A stretch of DNA of 64,000 nt from Bdellovibrionales bacterium (GTDB taxonomy: Bacteria > Bdellovibrionota > UBA1018 > CAIMNF01), in the NCBI GenBank assembly GCA_040380025.1, contig JBEIJY010000002.1:64001-128000 (forward strand), given 5' to 3'. This document shows positions 19,407 to 27,689 of the stretch, piece by piece. Position 1 is the stretch's first letter, and every line of letters begins with the position of its first letter. The translations under genes and the position numbers were made by a program. The notes beneath the pieces are model-generated. The model made no database searches, was not told the origin of the DNA, and worked only from the letters and a program-made list of their open reading frames with translations.

Positions 19407-19973
19407 TCAGATTTTTCCGACGAGATTCAAGCCCGGCTTCAGGGTTTCTGCTCCAGGCTTCCATTTGGCGGGGCAGACTTCGCCCGGATGGGTCGAGACA
19501 AACTGCGCCGCTTGCACCTTGCGAAGCAGCTCGTCCGCATTGCGGCCGATTCCGTTGTCGTGCATCTCAGCGATCTTGATGAGTCCCTCGGGGTTCACCA
19601 CGAACGTGCCGCGGTAAGCGAGGCCTTCTTCTTCGATGTGCACACCGAAGGCGCGCGAGAGGTGCCCTGTCGGATCGGCAAGCATCGGGAAGCGGATCTT
19701 CTTGATCGTCTCGGAGGCATCATGCCAGGCCTTGTGCGAGAAGTGGGTGTCGGTGCTGACCGAGTAGACCTCGACGCCGAGTTTTTTGAATTCGGCGTAT
19801 TTGTCTGCCATGTCGCCCAGTTCGGTCGGACAGACAAAGGTGAAGTCAGCGGGGTAAAAGAAAAAGATCGACCACTTTCCGAGAAGGTCGTTCTTGGTGA
19901 CGGTTTTGAAGGCTCCTTCGTGAAATGCCTGCACTTTGAAGTCTTCGATTTGGGTATTGATGATGGTTTTCAT
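19407..19973 (-). CDS. ahpC: Alkyl hydroperoxide reductase subunit C
   Basis: FYPADFTFVCPTEL, GEVCPAKW; SD AAGGAG. Confidence 0.98.
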   Translation of the reverse strand: MKTIINTQIEDFKVQAFHEGAFKTVTKNDLLGKWSIFFFYPADFTFVCPTELGDMADKYAEFKKLGVEVYSVSTDTHFSHKAWHDASETIKKIRFPMLADPTGHLSRAFGVHIEEEGLAYRGTFVVNPEGLIKIAEMHDNGIGRNADELLRKVQAAQFVSTHPGEVCPAKWKPGAETLKPGLNLVGKI

Positions 19974-20012
19974 GGGTTTCTCCTTTGACTCAAGGATAGC
20001 TCCTCCCTCGGC

Positions 20013-20057
20013 ATAGATAAAATCGAATTATTCTCTAGAGTGATAGAGTAAATCTAA
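20013..20057. promoter_or_regulatory. OxyR/LysR-type binding boxes between ahpC and the glutaredoxin gene
   Basis: ATAG-N7-CGAA (20013) and ATAG-N7-CTAA (20043; TAGA-N5-TCTA palindrome, T-N11-A) resemble OxyR ATAG-N7-CTAT. Confidence 0.55.
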
Positions 20058-20117
20058 CAATGAGGGCGGTGGATGTCGAAAAGCCAATGCGGGTCGTTTT
20101 GTGGTACACTCCCGCCC

Positions 20118-20480
20118 ATGATGACCGGTATTCGCAAAGTTCTCGGATTCCTGATCCTTGCCCTCGATCGCATTTTCGTCCCCGGGGTCGAGGTAAGCCG
20201 CACTCCGCCGGAGCAGGAAGCGCTCGACCGGAGGCTTTCGGATTGGACCCTGTACCACCTTGAGGCTTGCCCTTTTTGCGTCAAAGTGCGTCGTCAGATG
20301 AAGCGCCGGGCGCTCACGATTCCCCTGAAAGAGATCAATGCCGATTCCCGGTTCCATGCCGAGCTCATGGCGGGCGGAAAGCTCGATCAGGTCCCGTGTT
20401 TGCGCTATCGCGACTCCGCAGGCGCCGAAAAATGGATGTACGAATCGAGCGACATCAACGCGTTTCTTGCAGGCCTTTGA
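20118..20480 (+). CDS. Glutaredoxin-like protein (CPFC)
   Basis: CPFCVKVRR, GG..QVPCL, WMYESSDI; TGnTACACT 7 nt before the ATG. Confidence 0.88.
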   Translation: MMTGIRKVLGFLILALDRIFVPGVEVSRTPPEQEALDRRLSDWTLYHLEACPFCVKVRRQMKRRALTIPLKEINADSRFHAELMAGGKLDQVPCLRYRDSAGAEKWMYESSDINAFLAGL

Positions 20481-20492
20481 GAGCACACCCTG

Positions 20493-22460
20493 ATGCTTCA
20501 AATTCAAGCCGTATCGAAGAGTTTCGGATCGAAAGTCCTGTTTGAGGGCGTACGCGCGAATCTCGATGCTCGCTCCCGGATCGCCCTTGTGGGGCCGAAC
20601 GGGGCTGGCAAATCGACTCTGATCAAGATGATCCTGGGGGGCGAGCACCCCGATCAGGGGGCGATTGTTCTTCATCCCCACGTTCGGGTCGGGCATCTGG
20701 CTCAGGAGCTTCCGAAGTTCGAGGATCGCACCATTCTGGACGAGGTGATGAGCCTCGGGGGGCGCCGCGGAGAAATCCTTGCACGAAAAGCCTGGCTCGA
20801 GCACGAGATGCAATCTCGCGAAGCGGGTCCGGCGCAGGATTCGGTGCTCTCGGCCTATGCAAAGGTTCTCGAGGAACTCGACTCGTTCGACGAGTTCCGT
20901 CTTCCCTCGCGGGCCGAGCGGATTCTCGAGGGGGTCGGCTTCCGGAGCCGGGATTTCGGGCGGAAGCTCTCGGAATTCAGCGGGGGCTGGCTCATGCGCG
21001 TGGCGCTGGCGCGCGTGCTTCTTTTGAATCCCGATATGCTCATCCTTGACGAGCCGACCAATCATCTGGACCTCGAGTCCCTGCTGTGGCTCGAGGAATT
21101 CTTGAAGGGCTATCCCGGCGCGATTCTGATGGTGAGCCATGATCGCGTGTTTTTGAACAAGCTCGTGAACGGAGTCTGGGAGATCGATCAGCGTCGCATC
21201 GAGACTTATTCGGGCGACCTCGATGCGTTCGTCGTTCAAAAAGAGGAACGCCTGAAGGTGCTCGAGGCGCGGGCGCAAGGGCAAGAGGCGAAGGCCGCCG
21301 AACTTCGCGCGTTCATCGAGCGGTTCGGTGCGAAGGCAAGCAAGGCCAGACAGGCGCAAAGCCGCATGAAGCAACTCGAAAAACTCGAGTCCCTCGAAAA
21401 AATCGAACTCCCGCAGGCAACGTCGGGAATCGGGTTTCGGTTCCCGCCCTGTCCGAAGAGCGGCTCGGTGGTGGCAACCATCAAGGGACTTCAGGTCAGA
21501 GTCGGGGCGGGCACCCAGGACGAGAAGACGCTCTTCTCGGGCTTGGACTGGATCGTCAAGCGCGGCACGCGCACCGCGATCGTCGGCGTGAATGGTGCCG
21601 GTAAAACCACTCTTCTGCGGGCTCTTGCCCGCAGTCTCGGGAACGGGGCCGAGTTCACCGCGGGCGAGTTCCGCCTGGGGCATGAGGTTCGCATCGGCTA
21701 CTATTCCCAGCTTCAGGCCGAGACGCTCGATCTCGAAAGCACGATTCTCGAAGAGCTCGAGTCGACGGCACCCACGCTCGAAATCGCCCGCATTCGGGGC
21801 GTGGCGGGGGCGTTTCTTTTTCGGGGCGATGATGTCGAGAAAAAGATCAAGGTCCTCTCGGGCGGCGAGAAGGCGCGAGTGGCGCTTGCGAAACTCCTGC
21901 TGACCCCGAACAACTTTTTGCTCCTCGATGAGCCGACCAACCACCTTGACGCGGATTCGCGGGAGGTTCTGCTGAGTGCGCTCCAGGAGTACGACGGGAC
22001 ATTGTGCCTGGTTTCGCATGATCGTGATTTTGTGGCGCCCCTTGCCGATCAGCTCCTCGAGATCGAAAATCACAAGGTGATCCCGCTTGTGATTCCCTAC
22101 GAGGAGTATCTCGAAAAGAAGACCCGCGAGACCCGCGAAAAAATCAAACAATCCTCGCGGAGCGGGACGCTTGCGGCCGCGACCCGGACTCTTGGTGCGA
22201 CTAGCGATGCTCCGGCGGAATCGAAGGCGCCGAAGATCTCGAACAACCAGCGAAAGGCATGGGAGCGGGAGTTCCAGCTCATTGAGGCCTCGATCGCCGA
22301 TCTCGAAGAACGAATCCGCGAGCTGAACGACCGGATCGCCTCGGGCGATTTCGAAAAGGACGCGGGGAAAATCCGGGCATGGATCGAGGAGCAGTCGGCT
22401 CTTCAGCTCGAATTGGACGCAAAAATGACACGATGGGAAGAGCTCGGAGGCTTATTATGA
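20493..22460 (+). CDS. ABC-F family ATPase (YheS/Uup-like)
   Basis: Two ABC domains: GPNGAGKST, FSGGW, DEPTNHLD twice, LSGGE; no TM segments; coiled-coil tail. Confidence 0.95.
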   Translation: MLQIQAVSKSFGSKVLFEGVRANLDARSRIALVGPNGAGKSTLIKMILGGEHPDQGAIVLHPHVRVGHLAQELPKFEDRTILDEVMSLGGRRGEILARKAWLEHEMQSREAGPAQDSVLSAYAKVLEELDSFDEFRLPSRAERILEGVGFRSRDFGRKLSEFSGGWLMRVALARVLLLNPDMLILDEPTNHLDLESLLWLEEFLKGYPGAILMVSHDRVFLNKLVNGVWEIDQRRIETYSGDLDAFVVQKEERLKVLEARAQGQEAKAAELRAFIERFGAKASKARQAQSRMKQLEKLESLEKIELPQATSGIGFRFPPCPKSGSVVATIKGLQVRVGAGTQDEKTLFSGLDWIVKRGTRTAIVGVNGAGKTTLLRALARSLGNGAEFTAGEFRLGHEVRIGYYSQLQAETLDLESTILEELESTAPTLEIARIRGVAGAFLFRGDDVEKKIKVLSGGEKARVALAKLLLTPNNFLLLDEPTNHLDADSREVLLSALQEYDGTLCLVSHDRDFVAPLADQLLEIENHKVIPLVIPYEEYLEKKTRETREKIKQSSRSGTLAAATRTLGATSDAPAESKAPKISNNQRKAWEREFQLIEASIADLEERIRELNDRIASGDFEKDAGKIRAWIEEQSALQLELDAKMTRWEELGGLL

Positions 22461-23884
22461 ATTTTGACGAACTTGCGATTTCAGACAGCATGAAGGCACG
22501 CCTGAAAGAAATCGGCTTCACCGCGATGACTCCGATTCAGGAGGCGACGATTCCCGTGATTCTCGCGGGTCGCGATGTGATCGGCCAATCGAAGACGGGA
22601 AGCGGGAAGACCGCAGCCTTTGGGATACCGATTCTCGAAAAAATCGTCGTGCGCCAAGAAGGTCACCCTGAGCTTCAGGCCTTGATTCTGTGCCCGACCC
22701 GCGAGCTCTCGGCCCAGGTGGCTCGCGAGCTCCGGCGGCTCGGCACCAAAAAAATCGGTCTTCGGGTGATTGAGCTTGGGGGCGGAGTGCCGGGAGGCCC
22801 GCAGGCTCGCCAGCTCGAGAACGGAGTCCAGGTCGCGGTGGGCACCCCGGGGCGGGTGCTCGATCATCTCGAGCGAGGGCGGCTGGATCTGGCGAGTCTT
22901 CGGATGCTCGTGCTCGATGAGGCGGACCGGATGCTTGAGATGGGGTTTCAGGAAGAGATGGACGGGATTTTTTCGAGGCTTCCCGAATCGCGACAAACGC
23001 TGTTGTTTTCGGCGACTTTTCCGCGTGGAATCCTCGAGATGAGCGCGCGGTGCCAGAACGATGCAATTCCGCTCAAGCCCGAGGTGCCGTCGACGGACGA
23101 AGCGGAATCCTCCACGCAAGCGCTGATCCGGCAGGAGTTTCGGGTATTGGAGGGGGGAGAGGGGCAGGGGACCGATCGAACGGATGCGCTCTTGTCGCTT
23201 CTTTGGGAGACCGACCCCGAATCTGCGATCGTATTTTGCAACTTCAAGGCGGTCAGTTTTGAGCTGGTGCGCGATCTGAAAATGCTCGGCATCAGCGCCG
23301 ATTGTTTGAACGGGGATCTCGAGCAGAGGGAGCGGGACCTCGTGATGGCGCGATTCCGGAATCGAAGCCTTCGCATTCTGGTGGCCACCGATGTTGCGGC
23401 ACGGGGAATCGATGTGGCGGGGCTCGATTTGGTGGTGAACTATGAGCTTCCCCAGAAAACCGAAAATTACGTTCATCGCATCGGCCGCACCGGACGGGCC
23501 GGGAAGACCGGCCTTGCCGTCTCGCTCATTCTTCCGCGCGAGAAGGATCGCGCCCGCATGCTGGTCGGCCCGGCGTTTGGCGACGAAATCTTTGCGCCCG
23601 CCCGGACCGGCACTCCCGAAGGAGGGGCAAAACCCGCCCTTCAGGCCGGAATGGAGACACTGATCATTCTGGAAGGCCGGAAGAACAAGATGCGTCCCGG
23701 TGACATTTTAGGAGCCCTGACGGGCGAGGCCGGAGGCCTCTCGGGCGAGCAGGTGGGAAAGATCGAGATCCATGACTTTCATGCCTTCGTCGCGATCGAG
23801 AAGAAGTCCGCCGCCCGCGCGCTTGCGCGTTTGCAAGAGGGGCGAATCAAGGGTCGAAAGGTGCGGGTCGAGCGGCCGAGGTGA
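22457..23884 (+). CDS. dbpA: DEAD-box RNA helicase DbpA
   Basis: TGSGKT, PTREL, DEAD, SAT, HRIGRTGR and C-terminal RPGDILGAL...GKI RNA-binding domain; ATGA overlap at 22457. Confidence 0.9.
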   Translation: MNFDELAISDSMKARLKEIGFTAMTPIQEATIPVILAGRDVIGQSKTGSGKTAAFGIPILEKIVVRQEGHPELQALILCPTRELSAQVARELRRLGTKKIGLRVIELGGGVPGGPQARQLENGVQVAVGTPGRVLDHLERGRLDLASLRMLVLDEADRMLEMGFQEEMDGIFSRLPESRQTLLFSATFPRGILEMSARCQNDAIPLKPEVPSTDEAESSTQALIRQEFRVLEGGEGQGTDRTDALLSLLWETDPESAIVFCNFKAVSFELVRDLKMLGISADCLNGDLEQRERDLVMARFRNRSLRILVATDVAARGIDVAGLDLVVNYELPQKTENYVHRIGRTGRAGKTGLAVSLILPREKDRARMLVGPAFGDEIFAPARTGTPEGGAKPALQAGMETLIILEGRKNKMRPGDILGALTGEAGGLSGEQVGKIEIHDFHAFVAIEKKSAARALARLQEGRIKGRKVRVERPR

Positions 23885-24036
23885 ATCGTTCGAACATTCT
23901 GGTGCACAGCCGGGCCCGAAGAGCGTCAAGAAAATATCTTTTCTTTTTTCTTTTTTCCTTGACCTGACGTCTGTAAGCTTATGAAGTAATACCATTCAAC
24001 GCAGTAAAACTATTGTTTGTCAGGAAAGGGATTTTC

Positions 24037-24816
24037 ATGTCTCGGATTAATAAAATCGTCCTGTCTTTGTTTGCGTTTTCGACCTTGTTTTCGAGCCCCG
24101 CTTTCGCAGAATCATCAAAAATGCTCAATCAGAACGACTTCGTGGGAATCTCGTTTTGGATGATCTCGATGGCTCTCGTGGCGGCAACCGCCTTCTTCTT
24201 TCTCGAAACCCAGCGGGTTGCGGGAAAGTGGAAGACCTCTCTCACCGTTTCTGGTCTGGTGACCCTGGTCGCTGCGACTCACTACTTCTACATGCGTGAA
24301 GTATGGGTTGAGACGGCAAGCACCCCGACCGTATACCGGTACATTGACTGGCTCATCACGGTTCCCCTTCTGATCACCGAGTTCTATCTGATCCTTCGTG
24401 CGATCGGAAAGGCCTCTGCCGGAATCTTCTGGCGTCTGATCATCGGAACCACCGCGATGCTCGCCCTCGGATACATGGGCGAAGCCGGTTACATGGGCGT
24501 GTGGCCCGCATTCATCCTGAGCTGTCTTGCGTGGTTCTTCGTGATCTACGAAATCTACGCCGGAGAAGCAGGAAGAATCGGAACCACCCAGGCTCCTCCC
24601 GCAGTTCAATCAGCGTACCGCACCATGCGGACCATCGTGGTCTTCGGCTGGGCGGTTTATCCGATCGGATACTTCGTCGGATACCTCACCGGTGCAAACC
24701 CTGCCGACAGCATGGGAACTCTGAACATCGTTTACAACTTTGCTGACGTTGTGAACAAAATCGGCTTCGGCGTGATCATTTGGAACGTAGCCGTCACTTC
24801 GAGCGAATCGAACTGA
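24037..24816 (+). CDS. Proteorhodopsin (DTE proton pump, Leu105 green type) with signal peptide
   Basis: RYIDWLITVPLLITEF (D97/T101/L105/E108 in GPR numbering), H75 in HYFY, GWAVYP, YNFADVVNKIGFG with Schiff-base Lys; 7 TM; purine-rich SD AGGAAAGGG. Confidence 0.97.
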   Translation: MSRINKIVLSLFAFSTLFSSPAFAESSKMLNQNDFVGISFWMISMALVAATAFFFLETQRVAGKWKTSLTVSGLVTLVAATHYFYMREVWVETASTPTVYRYIDWLITVPLLITEFYLILRAIGKASAGIFWRLIIGTTAMLALGYMGEAGYMGVWPAFILSCLAWFFVIYEIYAGEAGRIGTTQAPPAVQSAYRTMRTIVVFGWAVYPIGYFVGYLTGANPADSMGTLNIVYNFADVVNKIGFGVIIWNVAVTSSESN

Positions 24817-24833
24817 TTCGAACAAAAATAAGG

Positions 24834-24868
24834 AAAAGCCCCGCGACCCTGTCGTGGGGCTTTTTTTT
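24834..24868 (+). terminator. Intrinsic terminator after the rhodopsin gene
   Basis: AAAAGCCCCGCGAC-cct-GTCGTGGGGC followed by T8. Confidence 0.85.
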
Positions 24869-24874
24869 GACCTC

Positions 24875-26866
24875 ATGAAACACTTTGATGTCGTCATTGC
24901 GGGCGGCGGTCTTTCCGGAATGATCTGCGCCGACACCCTCGCGAATTCTCCGAACACCGAACTCCGCATCGCCATTGTGGATCCCGATCCCGCGAGCCTG
25001 AAATCGAGGACTTTCGCGAGCTGGACAAAAAAATCCGAGCCTCCTCATCGGTATTCCGGCCTGGTTTCGAAGCGATGGGATCGGTTCCGGGTCACCGACC
25101 CCCGCGGGAATCCGATCGAAAGATCATTCGAAGACTATTGCTACGAGTACGTATCGGGAGAGTCGCTTTTTGAGCATTGGAATCAAAAAATCAATGCTGA
25201 TCCCCGCTTTCATCGCATCGATCAATCCGTCCGGACCATCACCGAGGAGCGAAATCCCGACACTGGACAGATTCGTGCGGTGGTGGAGCTCAAGGACGGA
25301 CGCATCCTTCATGCTGATCGGGTGTTGAGCTCTCCCGCGCGCCATCCGGGAGCGGTTCAACAAAGCTTTTTCGGGCTCGAGATCGAAACGACCGAGGAGT
25401 TCTTCGATCCGGATGTGGTGGATCTCATGGATTTTCGCTTCGAGCAAAAAGGCGAGGTCCGGTTTGTGTATCGCTTGCCCCTGAGCAAGACCCGCGCACT
25501 GGTCGAGTTCACGGTCTTTTCGGCAAGCGATGTTTCCAGAACAGACTGCGAGGCGGGACTGCAAGAGTATCTTTCTCGATTGCTGGGGCTCCCTTCGTAT
25601 TCCGTGCTCCGGACCGAATCCGGGATCATTCCGATGGGCGTGGACCCGGAGCCTTTTTTCCCCCCTTCGTTTCGAAGCCAGGTGATGGAATCGATCGGAG
25701 GAGCGGGAGGAAGAATCAAGGCCAGCACGGGATACTCCTTTCGGCGGAATCTGGAGCACCCGGAAGCGGGGACGAGCGCGGGATCTGCGCGCTTCCGGTT
25801 CCGGATGTATGATGTGCTACTGCTCGGGATGATTCGACAAAACGGCGGCGTGGTCGCCGGCGTCTTTGCCCGATTGTTCGCACGAAACCGACCGGGAGCG
25901 GTGTTTTCGTTTCTGGACGAAAAATCGCGACCCTTGGACGAGGCCAGGATTTTCTGGTCCCTGCCTTGGACGCCTTTTTTGCGACAGTTGTTGCTGGAGT
26001 ATCCTTTTCTTTTTGCCGCAATGGCAACTCTTTTGCTTCAGCATGCGATCGGAGGATTCGCCGGCTGGATCGTGCCCCTTTCGGGTCTGCTCATTACGGG
26101 CGTTCCCCATGGGAGTGTCGATCATTTGCTGAATCCAGCCCAAAAAAACAGACTTTCCTTCACGCTTCGCTATCTCATAGGAATGGCGCTTTATCTTCTC
26201 GCCTGGTGGTTTGCGCCTCTTCTGACCTTCTTGTTCTTTCTTTGGCAGTCGGCCGATCACTTCGGCGAGGCATATTGGATTCGCGCGATCCGCGCGTCCA
26301 AGAATGATCCCCTGGTTCGCGGACTGGTCTGGCTCTGGGGCCTGTTCGCGGCCGGATTCAGTGTTTTGTTTCATTGGGAAGAGGCGATGCCGATCGTGAT
26401 CGGCATCGTGGGCGATCAGGAGTGGATCCGAACACTCCCGGACTCGCGGGCTGGGTTTCTCTCGCTCGTTCTTTTTGGAATGGCCTTCATTGCGGCCCAT
26501 TTGCTCGATCGCTATGAGCGCAGGTCCAGGGGGCGGCCCCCGAGCGGTGCTCCGGCCACGCTTCTTCTCGGGGCTGTGCTCATGATGCTTCCTCTTTTAC
26601 CGGGCTTTCTTTGTTTCTTTGCGTTCTGGCATGGCTGGGATTCGATCCGGGCCCAGCGGGAGCGCATGGGGTGGAGCGTGGGCGATTACGTTCGGAAGGC
26701 GTTGCCACTCTCGGTGGTTTCATGGGCCGGAATCTTTGGCTTGATTTGGTGGTTCGACGGGCTGATTTGGAAGGTCTTTTTTATCGCGATCGGCGCTCTC
26801 ACCGCGGCCCACGTGCCCGCAATGAAGCGATTTTTACTTTCACGACCAACAGAAGAGCGGGGATGA
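24875..26866 (+). CDS. Fused lycopene beta-cyclase (CrtY) / beta-carotene 15,15'-dioxygenase (Blh/Brp)
   Basis: N-half: IAGGGLSG, LMDFR, RFVYRLP, LVEFT, ESGIIPM, GGRIKASTGYSF. C-half: multi-TM with GVPHGSVDH, SADHFG, FWHG, LTAAH (four Blh His motifs). One continuous frame. Confidence 0.9.
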   Translation: MKHFDVVIAGGGLSGMICADTLANSPNTELRIAIVDPDPASLKSRTFASWTKKSEPPHRYSGLVSKRWDRFRVTDPRGNPIERSFEDYCYEYVSGESLFEHWNQKINADPRFHRIDQSVRTITEERNPDTGQIRAVVELKDGRILHADRVLSSPARHPGAVQQSFFGLEIETTEEFFDPDVVDLMDFRFEQKGEVRFVYRLPLSKTRALVEFTVFSASDVSRTDCEAGLQEYLSRLLGLPSYSVLRTESGIIPMGVDPEPFFPPSFRSQVMESIGGAGGRIKASTGYSFRRNLEHPEAGTSAGSARFRFRMYDVLLLGMIRQNGGVVAGVFARLFARNRPGAVFSFLDEKSRPLDEARIFWSLPWTPFLRQLLLEYPFLFAAMATLLLQHAIGGFAGWIVPLSGLLITGVPHGSVDHLLNPAQKNRLSFTLRYLIGMALYLLAWWFAPLLTFLFFLWQSADHFGEAYWIRAIRASKNDPLVRGLVWLWGLFAAGFSVLFHWEEAMPIVIGIVGDQEWIRTLPDSRAGFLSLVLFGMAFIAAHLLDRYERRSRGRPPSGAPATLLLGAVLMMLPLLPGFLCFFAFWHGWDSIRAQRERMGWSVGDYVRKALPLSVVSWAGIFGLIWWFDGLIWKVFFIAIGALTAAHVPAMKRFLLSRPTEERG

Positions 26867-27689
26867 AGAGCAGGATTTTTCGAGTGGTCGGGACCACGGT
26901 CCGGTTCCGGAATGCTGTTTTCGGGTCACTCGCCGCGGTCTTCAGCAATTCGTGACCGATTTGCTGATAGAGTTTTCCGGCGAAGGCGATCGCCACGGCC
27001 GTCCGAAGGGGCAAAAATGCAATCCCCCGAAAGCCCTCGTCATACCAACGGTCAGCAAGACGCAACAACGACCGCACCGCCGGGAGCGCTCGCTCAGGTT
27101 CGTGTGCCAGCTCGCGTGCCAAGTCGTGAGCCCCTAGCCCCGGCATGAGATCAGCCGGAATGTACACTCGGCCGATCCGGGCATCGGCTTGGATGTCGCG
27201 CGCAATGTTCGTGAGCTGCATTGCCTTTCCGAGCGCGGCGGCCGGAGCCGGCGCCCGGATCGGATCGGCACCGATCACGGGGCACATCATGAGTCCCACG
27301 ACTCCGGCCACACGAAAGCAGTACTGTTCGAGTTCCGAAACGGTCGCATAGCGCGTGTCTTCGAGATCCATCCGGAACCCCGCGAGGAATTCCGCCCGGT
27401 GCGCGGGATCGACCCAGGCGGGAGGGCTGAAAGGAGAGTTTGCGTCGGTAGCGCACTCGATTTCTTGAAGCCCGCGCAGCGCAGCGGAGCGGTCAGGGGC
27501 CTCGTCGATTCGATCATCACAGTTTCGGCACCACTGATACAGCCGAAGTGCATCGTGGCGCGTGGAGCGCGGCAAAAAAAATGAAGCGAGGGCAAAGCTT
27601 TTCGATCCTTGCCGGATCACCTCCTCGGGCGAAATCGCGGGGTGAGGTCTAGGATGCGGTCGAGGGTGCTCGTCTGGCGCGGCCGTCAT
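26799..27689 (-). CDS. crtB: Phytoene synthase
   Basis: GSKSFALAS, LYQWCRNCDD, YCFRVAGVVG, LGKAMQLTNIARDI..D...GRVYIP. Confidence 0.95.
   Translation of the reverse strand: MTAAPDEHPRPHPRPHPAISPEEVIRQGSKSFALASFFLPRSTRHDALRLYQWCRNCDDRIDEAPDRSAALRGLQEIECATDANSPFSPPAWVDPAHRAEFLAGFRMDLEDTRYATVSELEQYCFRVAGVVGLMMCPVIGADPIRAPAPAAALGKAMQLTNIARDIQADARIGRVYIPADLMPGLGAHDLARELAHEPERALPAVRSLLRLADRWYDEGFRGIAFLPLRTAVAIAFAGKLYQQIGHELLKTAASDPKTAFRNRTVVPTTRKILLFIPALLLVVKVKIASLRARGPR

Noticed and set aside
23885..24036. Light-responsive (CarH/LitR) operator or defined promoter upstream of the rhodopsin
   Set aside because: TTGACC is present but has no convincingly spaced -10 box or regular repeats, and no such regulator is in the window
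24037..24816. Na+ or Cl- pump, xanthorhodopsin or sensory rhodopsin
   Set aside because: The motif is DTE (not NDQ or NTQ), Phe occupies the fenestration site and there is no adjacent transducer
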